Positions 19,109 through 29,402 of a DNA stretch of 64,000 nucleotides are shown in pieces. The translations under genes were made by a program, and so were the position numbers. A model generated the notes under the pieces. It was not told where the DNA came from, searched no databases, and saw only the letters and a program-made list of their open reading frames with translations. Source of the DNA: Candidatus Multivoradales bacterium (GTDB taxonomy: Bacteria > Acidobacteriota > Thermoanaerobaculia > Multivoradales > Multivoraceae); the NCBI GenBank assembly GCA_965223325.1, contig CBDCWI010000001.1:2016001-2080000 (forward strand). The letters are read 5' to 3'. The number at the start of each line of letters is the position of its first letter. Within the stretch, counting starts at the first letter, position 1.

Positions 19109-21125
19109 TCAGCCACCGTCCTCGCGGGTCGCCTCAATAGCGGCACTGTCCTCGAAGTTATTGTCGATACTGCCGGGATCACCCGACTGCGCCTCACCGA
19201 ACCATACGAAAGGCGTACTGCCGGCATCCCCTCGGAAGACCACCCTGGCGAGCAAGATCTCTGAGGGCGCGGCACCGCCGCTGAATGGCAAGCTGATACG
19301 CGCAATGCCTTCGAAGACGCCATCGACGAAAGCGGTCAGCGGAATGCTGACCGTGATCCACTCGCTTGGCTGACCTTCGATGTAGTCGCCGAGGGCGACC
19401 GCCCCGGAGGTATCTCCAGAGGGAGCGATCAGCAGTTGATCCCAGTCGGCGTTACCCGAGACGTCGCGCAGCGTGAGCTCAAGGCGCGTTGCGCCGCCCG
19501 CCGTCGGATCGATGTTCGGCCCCCACAGGTTGGTCGGGTTGTGGCCGAGTTTGAAGTGCCCCCAGCCGCCGTGCACCCGCAACCGGAAGTACTGTCCTAG
19601 TACAGGCCCGCCACCACTGTCGCTCCACGCGGTATACGTCACCGAGGTGAAGTTGTACGTCGCAACGTCGTCGCCGTTGCCCGCGCCAACCCTGACGAAC
19701 ACGGTCGAGCCGTCGGTTGGAAGACCCGTGACGTGAGCAGTCGTCGTCGAGGTGAACCCGGAGAACAGATCACTGCCGCCGAGCGACGACCCGACCTCGA
19801 CACGGTAGCGCGGCCCGGTCGCCGTCCAGCTGAGCGTCATGGCATCGCCGTCGAGCACACTTCCCGGCACCGGTCCGGTGATCTCGGGCGCCGGGAAGCC
19901 CCCGCCGGTCCAAGCTGTGTACTGGTAGTCGCGCACGACCCAGTCGCTGGCCGTCAACTGCGTGCGTAGCCGCACCCAGAGCTGGCGCCCGTCCACCGGC
20001 AGTCCGGTCACGTGCAGACTGGTCTGACCCGCTGGCACTGTGGCCGGCAGAAAGACGTCGATCGCACCCTGCGAAGACCCGATCGAGAGCTCGACCTGGA
20101 GTCCGTCATGTGCCGTCCAGACGAAGGTCGCAGCGTCCGAACCAAGCTCCGAGCCCGGCGCCGGCTGCACCAGTTCGGCAGGCTGGCCACCGGTCCCCCC
20201 CTTCCGTCATCAGCCCGGCGAGCAGCTCGCCGGGGCCGCCGCCGGCAATGAAGGCATTGTCGGTCTTTTCGGGCGCTCCGAACCAGACGAACGGCGCACC
20301 CGAGCCGAGGGTGAACTCGAAGCGCTCGAGATCGAGCACGAAGGGCGCGGCGTCGGCGCTCCGGAGGCTCCAGTGGGTGACGTTGTTCCACGCCCCGCTC
20401 GGGAACGCCGACAGCGGGATCTCGACCGAGAACCAGCCCACGGGGTCCGAGCCGATCCAATCGCCCAGCCGCACACCACCACTCGGGTCCGAGCTCGGCA
20501 GGATCTCGAGCTTCGAATACTCGGGGGCCACCTCCGAAGCGTTACGCCTGCCGCGTAGCTGCAGGACGAGGCTCGACTGGCCGGCGGCCGGGCTGACCTG
20601 GGGGGCCCAGATGTGCTCGTTGCCGTATCCCAACTTGAAGTGGCGCCACCCGGACATCGGGTTCTCGATGCGGAAGAAGACCACGTCTCCCACGGCGCCG
20701 CCGGCCGCGGTATAGGCGTACTGCCGCGTTTCGGAACCGACGTCAAAACGGGTCTCGAGCGAGACCAGGAGGGCCTGTCCGTCTTCGGGCAGACCGAGAA
20801 CCGTCACGCCATTCGTGCCGACCGGCAAAGTCTGCTGGAAGTAGGTGACGGTGGGCGGCGAGTCGCTGACACGCAGGGTGTAGCTGGTCGCACCGAGACC
20901 GTCGTTCCAGGCGAAGTCGACCGGACCACTGATCAGCTTGCTACCCGGGGACGGCGTCGTGATCTCGGCGGCGACGTTTTGCGCCACCGAAGTGGCCGTG
21001 TAGGTGGTCGCCCACGACAGCGTCTCGTCCGAGAAATCGCTGAACAGCGTGACGTGCAGGGTCGAGCCGTCGCTGGGCAGGTTGGTCACCTGTTTCTCGG
21101 TCGCAACGTGGCCGCGTTCGATCAA
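19109..21125 (-). pseudogene. Modular extracellular protein (Ig-like repeats plus two CBM-like domains), frameshifted at a G7 tract and apparently 5'-truncated
   Basis: ORFs 20106-21125 and 19109-20170 share repeats 'P.PGS.L...F.W...V.GLP.DG....V.L...Y.YTA' and 'FR...GW.HFKLG....W.P....W..V.IPL.AF...PFVWFG...DN.F'. Removing one G from 20195-20201 joins them. The first module starts mid-repeat and no signal peptide is present. Confidence 0.75.
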
Positions 21126-21630
21126 CCCGAGCGGCGAGACCCTCGGTGCCTCAACTCACCACGGCCGACCATCTCGAGAGGCCTTGCTGGAGGTGTCGTT
21201 GAAGAGGTCCCTCGGAGTCGTATCGATCGGCAGGTCGGCACTCTCCACGAATCCCACGGCTGATAGCCCGTAGCCCGGGAACAATTTTCGATCCTCGCCC
21301 TGATGGTTGGCGAGGGGCGCTACTCGGGATCCGGCTTGCGGCGCTGGAAGCGCTCTCTCGAGCGCCCTCGAATCTCGATTACTCGCTTGAAGAACAACGC
21401 CAGCAGGCCATGGCGCGCGTCACGAAGCTCTCGATTCAGGGAGTGCAACCCCAACTCAGCGCTCGCCTCTCACCCTGCTTCGGGAAGTTCGTTCTCGTTC
21501 GACAAGAGCAGCACCCTCATCCCCAAGCCGGCCCGGCTCAGGTCCCTGGTGGGGGCACGGGTATTGGTTCTGGGACATTGGTGCCAATTGGATCTTGAGA
21601 GTCCTATTGGATCCTGACACTCTCGGAAGC

Positions 21631-22032
21631 ATGCAAGGTACCCGTCGACTGCTGCTCGTACTGGTTGGCGCGCTGGGAGTGCTGGCGCTTCTTGTGGGCC
21701 TGTGGGCACTTTCGAGCTGGCAGCACTTTCATGCCTCGGTAGCTAGCCATACGGGGCCGGCCAACCACCACTACATCCGCGATGTCGGTGCCGCCTACAC
21801 GACGGCTGGCATGGCGCTTCTGGTGGCTGTTGCCCGCCCCCGCTGGCGCGCTCCTTTGGTGGGTTCGGCAGCGGTCTTTCTCTCACTTCATGCGGCCGTG
21901 CATGTCTACGAGACGGCGATCGGTGAGGCCACGATGGCGCACCTGGCCGTCGACACTCCAGGCGTACTCGTCCCGGCCCTGATCACAGCTGTCTTGTTCG
22001 TGATCTTCGCGCGCCAGGAGACCGCCAGCTGA
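21631..22032 (+). CDS. Small four-TM membrane protein with several His residues
   Basis: Four hydrophobic segments; 'NHHYIRDVGAAY', 'LHAAVH'; co-oriented with the AhpD-like gene; start uncertain (21595/21631). Confidence 0.7.
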   Translation: MQGTRRLLLVLVGALGVLALLVGLWALSSWQHFHASVASHTGPANHHYIRDVGAAYTTAGMALLVAVARPRWRAPLVGSAAVFLSLHAAVHVYETAIGEATMAHLAVDTPGVLVPALITAVLFVIFARQETAS

Positions 22033-22079
22033 CGCCCTCTCCACAGAATCGTAAAACCAACGAACTAAGGACCTATCTC

Positions 22080-22661
22080 ATGCGCCTCGAGCCTCTTCCT
22101 GCTGCACCGTCGACTAGAACCCGCCTTCTCGAGTGGGTCGCCGAGCGCGCGCTGGGCAAGACGACAACACCGACCCGAGTGGTCTACAGGCGGCTGCCTC
22201 GCATGTGGAACGTGTCCCTGGCTTTCATGAAGCTCACTCGTTCGATGACGATTGGCGCCGAGCTTTCCTTCCTTCTCCAGGCGAGAGTGGCCAACCTTCG
22301 TCGCTGTTTCTTCTGCGAGGATATTGCGCGCGCTCAGGCCGCTGCCAAGCGCCTAGGTATGGAGCGCTTCAATGCCCTCGCGGCCTGGCAAGACAGCAGC
22401 CTGTTCACCGAAGCCGAGCGGGCGGCCCTCCAACTCGTTGACGAAGCCAGCGATCTCAGCGGCGTGCGCGACGCAACGTGGCAGAAGGCGGCCGAACACT
22501 GGAACGACCGTCAACTGCTCGAGATCACCAGCCTGGTGGCGATCGAGAGCTTCTACAATGCCATCAATCTGACCATCGAAATGCCTGCCGATGGTTTGGA
22601 GCAACTTGCCAGTCGCAACGCGAGAACTTCCCCGATCGAACGCTCGGCGGCCGCCAGCTGA
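22080..22661 (+). CDS. Carboxymuconolactone decarboxylase / AhpD-like protein
   Basis: 'VANLRRCFFCED' CxxC, 'LFTEAERAAL', 'V.DATW'; AAGGA RBS. Confidence 0.85.
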   Translation: MRLEPLPAAPSTRTRLLEWVAERALGKTTTPTRVVYRRLPRMWNVSLAFMKLTRSMTIGAELSFLLQARVANLRRCFFCEDIARAQAAAKRLGMERFNALAAWQDSSLFTEAERAALQLVDEASDLSGVRDATWQKAAEHWNDRQLLEITSLVAIESFYNAINLTIEMPADGLEQLASRNARTSPIERSAAAS

Positions 22662-22678
22662 CGCCGCCAGTCACTCCG

Positions 22679-24040
22679 CTACTCGCCCGAATCCTTGAGG
22701 GCGTAGAGCGCGTGTCGGCCGCGCACGTACATCATCGGCCCGACAATCGCCGGCGTGGCGTCGATGCCGTCGTCGAGGGTGTTTTCCGCCAGCACTTCGA
22801 GGGACTTGCCGGCCTTTAGAACCAGAGCCTCTCCACCGCGCCCGAAGATGTAGATGCGACCGGCGGCGGCCAGCGGAGATGCGTAGACGTTGCGGATCGT
22901 CGGTAGGCGTTCTGTAAACAAGGGCTCACCTGTGGCAGCGTCGAGACTGGTGAAGATGTTGCGGAAGTGCTTGACGAAGTACAACTGGCCGTCATGGAGC
23001 AAGACCGAGGCGACGTACGGAGTGTCGCGCTCGTACTGCCAACGCACCGCCGCGGAACCTTCGAGGTCACCCTTGGCGAGACTGAGATCGACTGCCTGCA
23101 ACATGTTGCCGCGATACCCGCTGGCGAGATAAACGGTGCCGTCGTGATGAACCGGGGTGGGGATGGCGTTGACCGTCATGCCGCTGAGCCGCCAGATCTC
23201 CTCACCGGTGGCGAAGTCGTAGCCGCGGCTGAAGCCGGTCGACGAAACGATGATCTGCGTCCGGCCGTCGTGTTCGACGACGAGGGGCGTCGACCACGAC
23301 GTCACCTCGCCTGGCCGTTCGGTACGCCACTTCTCATGACCGGTTTTCTTGTCGAGGGCGGTGATGAAGGATTCACCCTCGTGATCCCAGTTGATGACCA
23401 GTGAGTCACCGTGCAACGCCGGCGAACTTCCCTCGCCGAACCCACGTCGCGTCGTCATGTCGCCGAGATCCGTTTCCCACAGCAGCTCGCCGTCGAGGTC
23501 ATAGGCGTAGGTGCCGTTGGAGCCGAAGTGCACATACAGTCGCTCTCCATCGACCACCGGCGAACCGCAAGCCCACGACGAGTCGAGATAGTGACTCTCG
23601 TGCGGCACCGCCTCGCGTGCAATGCGCTCCCAGAGCAACGAACCGTCGCGAGTCGAGAGAGCCTGCACAAGAAAGCGCTGCTTGACCGGAGCCACATCCG
23701 GTGGCCATTCGCCATCGTCCATGACCTTCTGCGCTGCCTTCTGCGCTTCGCTATACGCCGCGTCGTCGAGCGACACTGCCGACACGACAAAGATCTTCTC
23801 GCCCCAAACCACTGGCGACGCCAGGCTCTCGCCGGGGATGTCGACTTTCCAGAGCACGTTCTTGTCTTCGCTCCATTCGACCGGCGGCCTAGCGTCGGGA
23901 CTCACACCGGTGGCGAGCGGCCCGCGCCAGCTCGACCAACCCGTAGGGTCGGTCTGGGAGTGCGCAAGGCCCGCAGTCATGACGAGACAACTCAACACCG
24001 TGGCAAAACGGACGGCTTCCTCTACTCGGATGTTCGACAT
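22679..24040 (-). CDS. Secreted PQQ-binding-like beta-propeller repeat protein
   Basis: 'WSSWRGP..TG', 'WSEDKNVLWK', repeated SP/TP..G..W blades, 'ATPAI..MYVRG..LY'; start placed at ATG 24040 because the longer ORF overlaps the opposite gene. Confidence 0.88.
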   Translation of the reverse strand: MSNIRVEEAVRFATVLSCLVMTAGLAHSQTDPTGWSSWRGPLATGVSPDARPPVEWSEDKNVLWKVDIPGESLASPVVWGEKIFVVSAVSLDDAAYSEAQKAAQKVMDDGEWPPDVAPVKQRFLVQALSTRDGSLLWERIAREAVPHESHYLDSSWACGSPVVDGERLYVHFGSNGTYAYDLDGELLWETDLGDMTTRRGFGEGSSPALHGDSLVINWDHEGESFITALDKKTGHEKWRTERPGEVTSWSTPLVVEHDGRTQIIVSSTGFSRGYDFATGEEIWRLSGMTVNAIPTPVHHDGTVYLASGYRGNMLQAVDLSLAKGDLEGSAAVRWQYERDTPYVASVLLHDGQLYFVKHFRNIFTSLDAATGEPLFTERLPTIRNVYASPLAAAGRIYIFGRGGEALVLKAGKSLEVLAENTLDDGIDATPAIVGPMMYVRGRHALYALKDSGE

Positions 24041-24053
24041 AACGTAGAAGATC

Positions 24054-25220
24054 ATGACACCTCGCACCCGTTGGCCGCTCGACTCGGCGCTGTTCATCCT
24101 CGCTTTCCTGGCTGCCTGGAGTCTGGCCGTAGCGCCGCGAGCGGCGGCACAGCCAGACCCAGAGTTCAGGATCAGACACGTGACCTCGATCGGCATCGAG
24201 GCCGAGCGGACCGCTTCAGTTTCACTGGGAGACATCGACGGCGACGGCGACCTCGACGTGGTATTCGCCAACGGTCGCCACTGGCCGAGCCAGAACCGCG
24301 TGTTCATCAACAACGGCGAAGGCAGGTTGACCTCGAGTCGCCCGCTCGGCGAAGAACTCGAGACGACCTACGCCGCACCTCTCGCTGACCTGGACGGTGA
24401 CGGCGATCTCGATGTTGCCGTCGGAAACGACCGGGCGCCCAACCGCATCTTGTGGAACGACGGCAGCGGGCGCTTCATCGCTGGGCCGACGTTCGGCGGC
24501 ATCGAGAGTACCCGCGGCGCCTTCATCGCCGATCTCGATGGCAACGGCCTGGACGACGTCGTGCTGACCAATCGAGGCGATCTCAACTCGATCTTCTGGA
24601 ACGATGAAGCCCACAGGGGAACTCTCGAGAGGCGGGGCTCCTTTGGTACATCGACCGATTCCACCATCTCGATCGGAATCGGCGACCTCGATGGCGACGG
24701 CGATCTCGACCTGGCACTCGCCAATCGCGACGGCCAGCCCAACCAGGTGCAGTGGAACGACGGCCAAGGCAACTTTTCGGACGGCCCACAGTTCGGAACC
24801 GGCAGCGACGAAACGCGCGGCGTTGCGATTGCCGATCTCGATGGCGACGGACACCTGGACATCGCCACCGCCAATATCGGCGAACCCAACGCCGTCTACT
24901 ACTCCGATGGGCGCGGCGACTTCCGGTCTTCGATGGCTTTCGGCGCGAAAGACGGCCGGTCCTACGCCGTCGCCATCGCAGATCTCAACAACGACGACCA
25001 ACCCGACCTGTTGGTCGCAAACGCCCGCCAGCGCAACCAGATCTACCTGCTCGATCCCAACGACCCAACCCACCGTCGCGTCATGCAGGCAGTGCCCTTC
25101 GGCCATCCCGAAAGCGACACCTATGGTCTCGGAGTGGGTGACCTCGACCGTGACGGCCAACTCGACATCGTCACCGCGAACTCCGACGCCATGAACCACC
25201 TCTACACCAGAGACCGATGA
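24054..25220 (+). CDS. Secreted FG-GAP/VCBS repeat beta-propeller protein
   Basis: Signal peptide; seven D-[IL]-[DN]-x-[DN]-x-x-x-D Ca-binding repeats. Confidence 0.9.
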   Translation: MTPRTRWPLDSALFILAFLAAWSLAVAPRAAAQPDPEFRIRHVTSIGIEAERTASVSLGDIDGDGDLDVVFANGRHWPSQNRVFINNGEGRLTSSRPLGEELETTYAAPLADLDGDGDLDVAVGNDRAPNRILWNDGSGRFIAGPTFGGIESTRGAFIADLDGNGLDDVVLTNRGDLNSIFWNDEAHRGTLERRGSFGTSTDSTISIGIGDLDGDGDLDLALANRDGQPNQVQWNDGQGNFSDGPQFGTGSDETRGVAIADLDGDGHLDIATANIGEPNAVYYSDGRGDFRSSMAFGAKDGRSYAVAIADLNNDDQPDLLVANARQRNQIYLLDPNDPTHRRVMQAVPFGHPESDTYGLGVGDLDRDGQLDIVTANSDAMNHLYTRDR

Positions 25221-25251
25221 GTCGAGCGATCACCAACGACACGTCGCCGAC

Positions 25252-26160
25252 CTATTGCTCGAGCGCCACCCTGACGTGCCCGCCAGCCGCTCGCAGAGCA
25301 GCGCGCGCCGCAACAGCGGTCTTTCCCGTGCGGGCCATGACGATCGCGGTCTTCACCTCGCGGTCCGCCTCTCTATAGAGCCTTTTCGCCTCGGCAGTCG
25401 AGACCTCACCGGCTGCCTCGACGATACGTGCCGACCGGTCGCGCAGCTTGGCCGAGCCAGGTCTCAGGTCGACCATCAGATTGTCGTAGACCTTGCCGAG
25501 GCGCACCATCGCCGCCGTGGTCACCCCATTGAGCGCGGCCTTGGTGGCCGAACCGGCCTTGAGGCGGGTCGAGCCAGTGAGGACCTCGGGGCCCGTTCCG
25601 AGTGCAATCACATGGTCGACCGAAAGCCCGAGCGCCTCAACCTGGTCGGCTGGCGCGCAGGTCAACAGGACCGTGTGGGCACCCCGGTCTTTCGCCGCCT
25701 CGAGGACACCGCGCACCCAGCGCGTCACCGAGCTGGCCGAGATTCCGATCACAACGTCTCCTTCATTGACGGCACGGCCCACCGCTGCACCGGCCTCGGG
25801 GTCATCTTCGACGCCTTCCTGGGCGCGAAACACCGCCTCTTCCCCACCGGCGATCACCGCCCGAATACGACCGGGGTCGCTACCGAACGTCGGCGGACAC
25901 TCGGCGGCTTCGATAACACCCAGTCGGCCGCTGGTGCCCGCACCGGCGAACACCAGGTCCCTACCGGCCTCGAGCGCCAGCGCCACCCGGTCGGCGACTT
26001 CGGCGATCGCGGCGCTTCGAGCGATGACGGCATCGAGACCACGCCGATCCTCGGCGGCCAGGAGCTCAACGATCTCAACGGTCGAGCGCCTATCGAGCCC
26101 TCGGCTGTCGTCGTTCTGTGACTCGGTGGCGAGATGACGCCAGTCTGGTGGTCTGGTCAC
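25252..26160 (-). CDS. murQ: N-acetylmuramic acid 6-phosphate etherase
   Basis: GAGTSGRLG, ECPPTFG, GPEVLTGSTRLKAG, GKVYDNLMVD, AKLRDR; GTG start at 26160 with AAGGA RBS. Confidence 0.95.
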   Translation of the reverse strand: MTRPPDWRHLATESQNDDSRGLDRRSTVEIVELLAAEDRRGLDAVIARSAAIAEVADRVALALEAGRDLVFAGAGTSGRLGVIEAAECPPTFGSDPGRIRAVIAGGEEAVFRAQEGVEDDPEAGAAVGRAVNEGDVVIGISASSVTRWVRGVLEAAKDRGAHTVLLTCAPADQVEALGLSVDHVIALGTGPEVLTGSTRLKAGSATKAALNGVTTAAMVRLGKVYDNLMVDLRPGSAKLRDRSARIVEAAGEVSTAEAKRLYREADREVKTAIVMARTGKTAVAARAALRAAGGHVRVALEQ

Positions 26161-26254
26161 ATCTTGGTTCCTTCTGGTGGGCTGCGCATCCTCATGCGAC
26201 CCGGTGAAGTTCGGATTGTAGGGGACGCTCGACCTCGCTATGGTCCCTAGGACG

Positions 26255-27478
26255 ATGAGTGATGCCACCCCATCGCCCCCGGCCACGCTGCTCGATGGCC
26301 CGGCCTGCCTCCGGGCTGCGCGCGACATCTTGCCCTGGATGTCGGAGATTCGGCGTGACTTTCACCAACATCCCGAGCTCGGCCTCGAAGAGCATCGCAC
26401 CAGCGCCCGCATCAGAGAGCACCTCGACGACCTCGGAATCCCGTTTCGTGCCGGCGTGGCACAAACCGGAGTGCTGGGAACCATCGGCCAGGCATCACCC
26501 GGTGCGCGCGTCGTGGCGTTGCGCGGCGACATCGATGCGCTACCACTCCACGACGCCAAAGACACGCCCTACCGCTCGACGATCGACGGCCGCATGCACG
26601 CCTGTGGTCACGACGTCCACACCACGATCGTGCTCGGTGCGGCCCGGGTCCTCCTGGATCTCGGCGGCCAGCTGCCCGGGGTCGTCAAGCTGATCTTCCA
26701 GCCCGCCGAAGAAACCGTCGGTGGTGCGCAGATGATGATCGACGACGGTGTGCTCGAGGACCCGGCGGTGGATGCGATCTTCGGACTGCACGTCGACCCT
26801 GATCTCGAGGTCGGCACGTTCGGCTTTCACTACCAGCAGCGCAACGCCTCGTCTGACGCCGTGCAACTGATCATTCACGGTCGCTCCCACCATGCCGCCT
26901 ATCCGGCTGGGGGCGTCGACGCGATCGTCATTGCGGCGCAAGTCATCAGCGCCCTCCAGACCATCATCAGCCGCAACGTCGACGCGCGCGACGCCGCGGT
27001 GTTGTCGCTCGGAACCATCGAAGGTGGCGCCATCGCCAATGTGATGGCCAACCGGGTCGAGCTCACCGGCACCGTGCGCTGCCTCGAGGCAGCCGTGCGC
27101 GAGCGCGTTCTCGAGCGGCTGCGCGAAACCGCCGAGGGCGTTGCCGCGGGTCTCGGAGGACGGGCCGAGGTCAACATCGAACCGGGCTACGAACCGCTCA
27201 TCAACGACGACGCCATGGTCGAGATCGCACGCCAGAACGCCATCGCCCTGGTAGGGGAAGAGAACACGACGGTCTTTCCGCGCTCCAACATGGGGGTTGA
27301 AGACTTCGCCTACTTCACCCAGAAGGTGCCCGGAGCCTTTTACTCACTGGGCGTTCGCAACGAAGAGCGCGGCATCGTGCACCCGGTCCACCACGAAGGG
27401 TTCGACATCGACGAGGAGGCGCTCGCCTACGGCGTGGCGCTGCAGGTGCAGAACGTCTTGAGCGTGCTCCAGTCTTGA
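26255..27478 (+). CDS. M20D family amidohydrolase
   Basis: 'RRDFHQHPELG', 'RGDIDALP', MHACGHD, FQPAEE, EDF, 'HH..FDIDE'. Confidence 0.93.
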   Translation: MSDATPSPPATLLDGPACLRAARDILPWMSEIRRDFHQHPELGLEEHRTSARIREHLDDLGIPFRAGVAQTGVLGTIGQASPGARVVALRGDIDALPLHDAKDTPYRSTIDGRMHACGHDVHTTIVLGAARVLLDLGGQLPGVVKLIFQPAEETVGGAQMMIDDGVLEDPAVDAIFGLHVDPDLEVGTFGFHYQQRNASSDAVQLIIHGRSHHAAYPAGGVDAIVIAAQVISALQTIISRNVDARDAAVLSLGTIEGGAIANVMANRVELTGTVRCLEAAVRERVLERLRETAEGVAAGLGGRAEVNIEPGYEPLINDDAMVEIARQNAIALVGEENTTVFPRSNMGVEDFAYFTQKVPGAFYSLGVRNEERGIVHPVHHEGFDIDEEALAYGVALQVQNVLSVLQS

Positions 27479-28707
27479 ACCGCATCTGGGGCAGCTTCTT
27501 TCTGATTGCCTTCACAGCCGGCGTGCTGCGTTCGCTGGCCTACGGCGAGCACGAGGTCTGGGCGGCGATGACCGGTGCGGCCTTCGACATGGCGAAAACC
27601 GGTTTCGAGATTTCACTCGGCCTGACCGGTGTCATGTGCCTGTGGCTCGGCGTCATGCGCCTCGGCGAAGTCGGCGGCGCGGTCGACTGGCTGGCGCGCG
27701 CCTTTGCACCGCTTCTCCATCGGCTCTTTCCGTCGGTTCCCGAGGGGCATCCCGCCATCGGTGCGGTGGTGATGAACATGACCGCCAACATGCTGGGGCT
27801 CGACAACGCCGCCACGCCACTCGGCCTCAAGGCGATGGGCGAACTGCAGACCCTCAACCCCGAGCCCGATCGCGCTACCGACGCACAGATTCTCTTCCTG
27901 GTGCTCAACACTTCGGCGGTGACCCTGATCCCGGCGACGATCTTCGTCTACCGCAAGCAGCTCGGAGCGGTCGACCCGACCGACATCTTCATCCCGATTC
28001 TCGTTGCGACGTACTGCAGCACCATGGTCGGCCTTCTGACGGTGGCCTTCGTACAGAAACTCAAGCTCTGGGATCCGGTCGTCTTGACCTATCTCGGCGG
28101 CCTCACCGCGCTGGTCGCCGGCATCGTGGCCTACTTCTCGCGCCTGCCGCAGGAGGTCATGGAAGCACAGTCGGCAATCATCTCGAACTTCGTCATCTTC
28201 ACGATCATCGTGGTGTTTCTAATGCTCGCCTTGTGGAAGCGACAGCCGGTCTATGAGACCTTTGTCGAGGGGGCCAAGGACGGCTTCAAGGTCGCCATCG
28301 GCATCATTCCCTACCTGGTGGCAATGCTGGTTGGAATCGGCGTGTTCCGCGCCAGCGGCGCACTCGACTGGCTGCTCGATGGTGTGCGCGTTGCCGCCAC
28401 CACCGCCGGGCTCGACACCCGTTGGGTCGACGGCGTGCCGACGGCACTGATGAAACCGCTGTCGGGCAGCGGCGCCCGCGGCATGATGATCGAGGCGATG
28501 GAGACCTACGGCGCCGATTCCTTTGCCGGTCGCTTGTCGAGCATCATTCAGGGAAGTACCGAAACCACCTTCTATGTGCTGGCGGTGTACTTTGGTTCGG
28601 TCGGCGTCAAACGCACCCGCCACGCTCTGGCCTGCGGCCTGGCGGCCGACCTGGCTGGCGTCGTCGCGGCGATTCTGGTTTGCTACCTGTTCTTTGGCCG
28701 CGCCTAG
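27475..28707 (+). CDS. Fused SpmA/SpmB nucleoside-recognition (Gate) domain membrane protein
   Basis: 'ANMLGLDNAATPLGLKAM', 'FVEGAKDG', 'KPLSGSGARG', 'GSTETTFYVLAVYFG'; TTGA overlap with the M20 gene. Confidence 0.92.
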   Translation: MNRIWGSFFLIAFTAGVLRSLAYGEHEVWAAMTGAAFDMAKTGFEISLGLTGVMCLWLGVMRLGEVGGAVDWLARAFAPLLHRLFPSVPEGHPAIGAVVMNMTANMLGLDNAATPLGLKAMGELQTLNPEPDRATDAQILFLVLNTSAVTLIPATIFVYRKQLGAVDPTDIFIPILVATYCSTMVGLLTVAFVQKLKLWDPVVLTYLGGLTALVAGIVAYFSRLPQEVMEAQSAIISNFVIFTIIVVFLMLALWKRQPVYETFVEGAKDGFKVAIGIIPYLVAMLVGIGVFRASGALDWLLDGVRVAATTAGLDTRWVDGVPTALMKPLSGSGARGMMIEAMETYGADSFAGRLSSIIQGSTETTFYVLAVYFGSVGVKRTRHALACGLAADLAGVVAAILVCYLFFGRA

Positions 28708-28728
28708 CGACCGTCAACCGGAGACGTC

Positions 28729-29337
28729 ATGTTGCGGAAACAGAAAGCACGATACCGAGCCTTCCTTGTTGCCCTCTGTGCTCTCCTCTGTGCTCTCCTC
28801 GCTGCCAGCCTGGTGGCTGCCCAGAACGGCGAAGAACCAGCAACCGTCATCTTCCTCTCCCGGCATGCCGAAGCGCTCTATCCGCCGCCAGACGATGCGC
28901 CGCGCAACCCACCCCTCAACGTCATGGGGCAAGACCGTGCCAATGCTCTCGTGCGGCTCCTCGAACCGGCCGGCATCGAACATATCCACAGCACCGACTA
29001 TCACCGCACCCAGGAGACCGCCGCACCGCTCGCTCGGCGGCTCGGCCTCGACGTGGGGTCCTATGACCCGTCGGATCTCGCCGCGGTGGCGAAAAAGCTT
29101 CTCAGAACGCCGGGTCGTCACCTGGTTCTGGGCCACAGCAATACAACGCCCGAGCTCGTCGGCCACCTCGGTGGCGAACCTGGGCCACCGATCGATGAGC
29201 GAACGGAATACGACCGGTTGTACATGTTGGTGATCCCGGCGAATGGCCCCGTTACAACGACCGTGCTTCGCTACGGTGCACCTCTCGCTCTGGACTGGCA
29301 GGAACGAGCGGGAGAGCGCCGCGCTCCAGAACACTGA
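28729..29337 (+). CDS. Secreted histidine phosphatase (phosphoglycerate mutase superfamily)
   Basis: Signal peptide; RHAE, 'GQDRA', 'STDYHRTQETA', GHSNT. Confidence 0.88.
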   Translation: MLRKQKARYRAFLVALCALLCALLAASLVAAQNGEEPATVIFLSRHAEALYPPPDDAPRNPPLNVMGQDRANALVRLLEPAGIEHIHSTDYHRTQETAAPLARRLGLDVGSYDPSDLAAVAKKLLRTPGRHLVLGHSNTTPELVGHLGGEPGPPIDERTEYDRLYMLVIPANGPVTTTVLRYGAPLALDWQERAGERRAPEH

Positions 29338-29402
29338 GCCCCTGGCTCTAGAGCAGCCATTCCGAAGACATTCACCAGACAGGCACCAGATAGGGAGACA
29401 CC

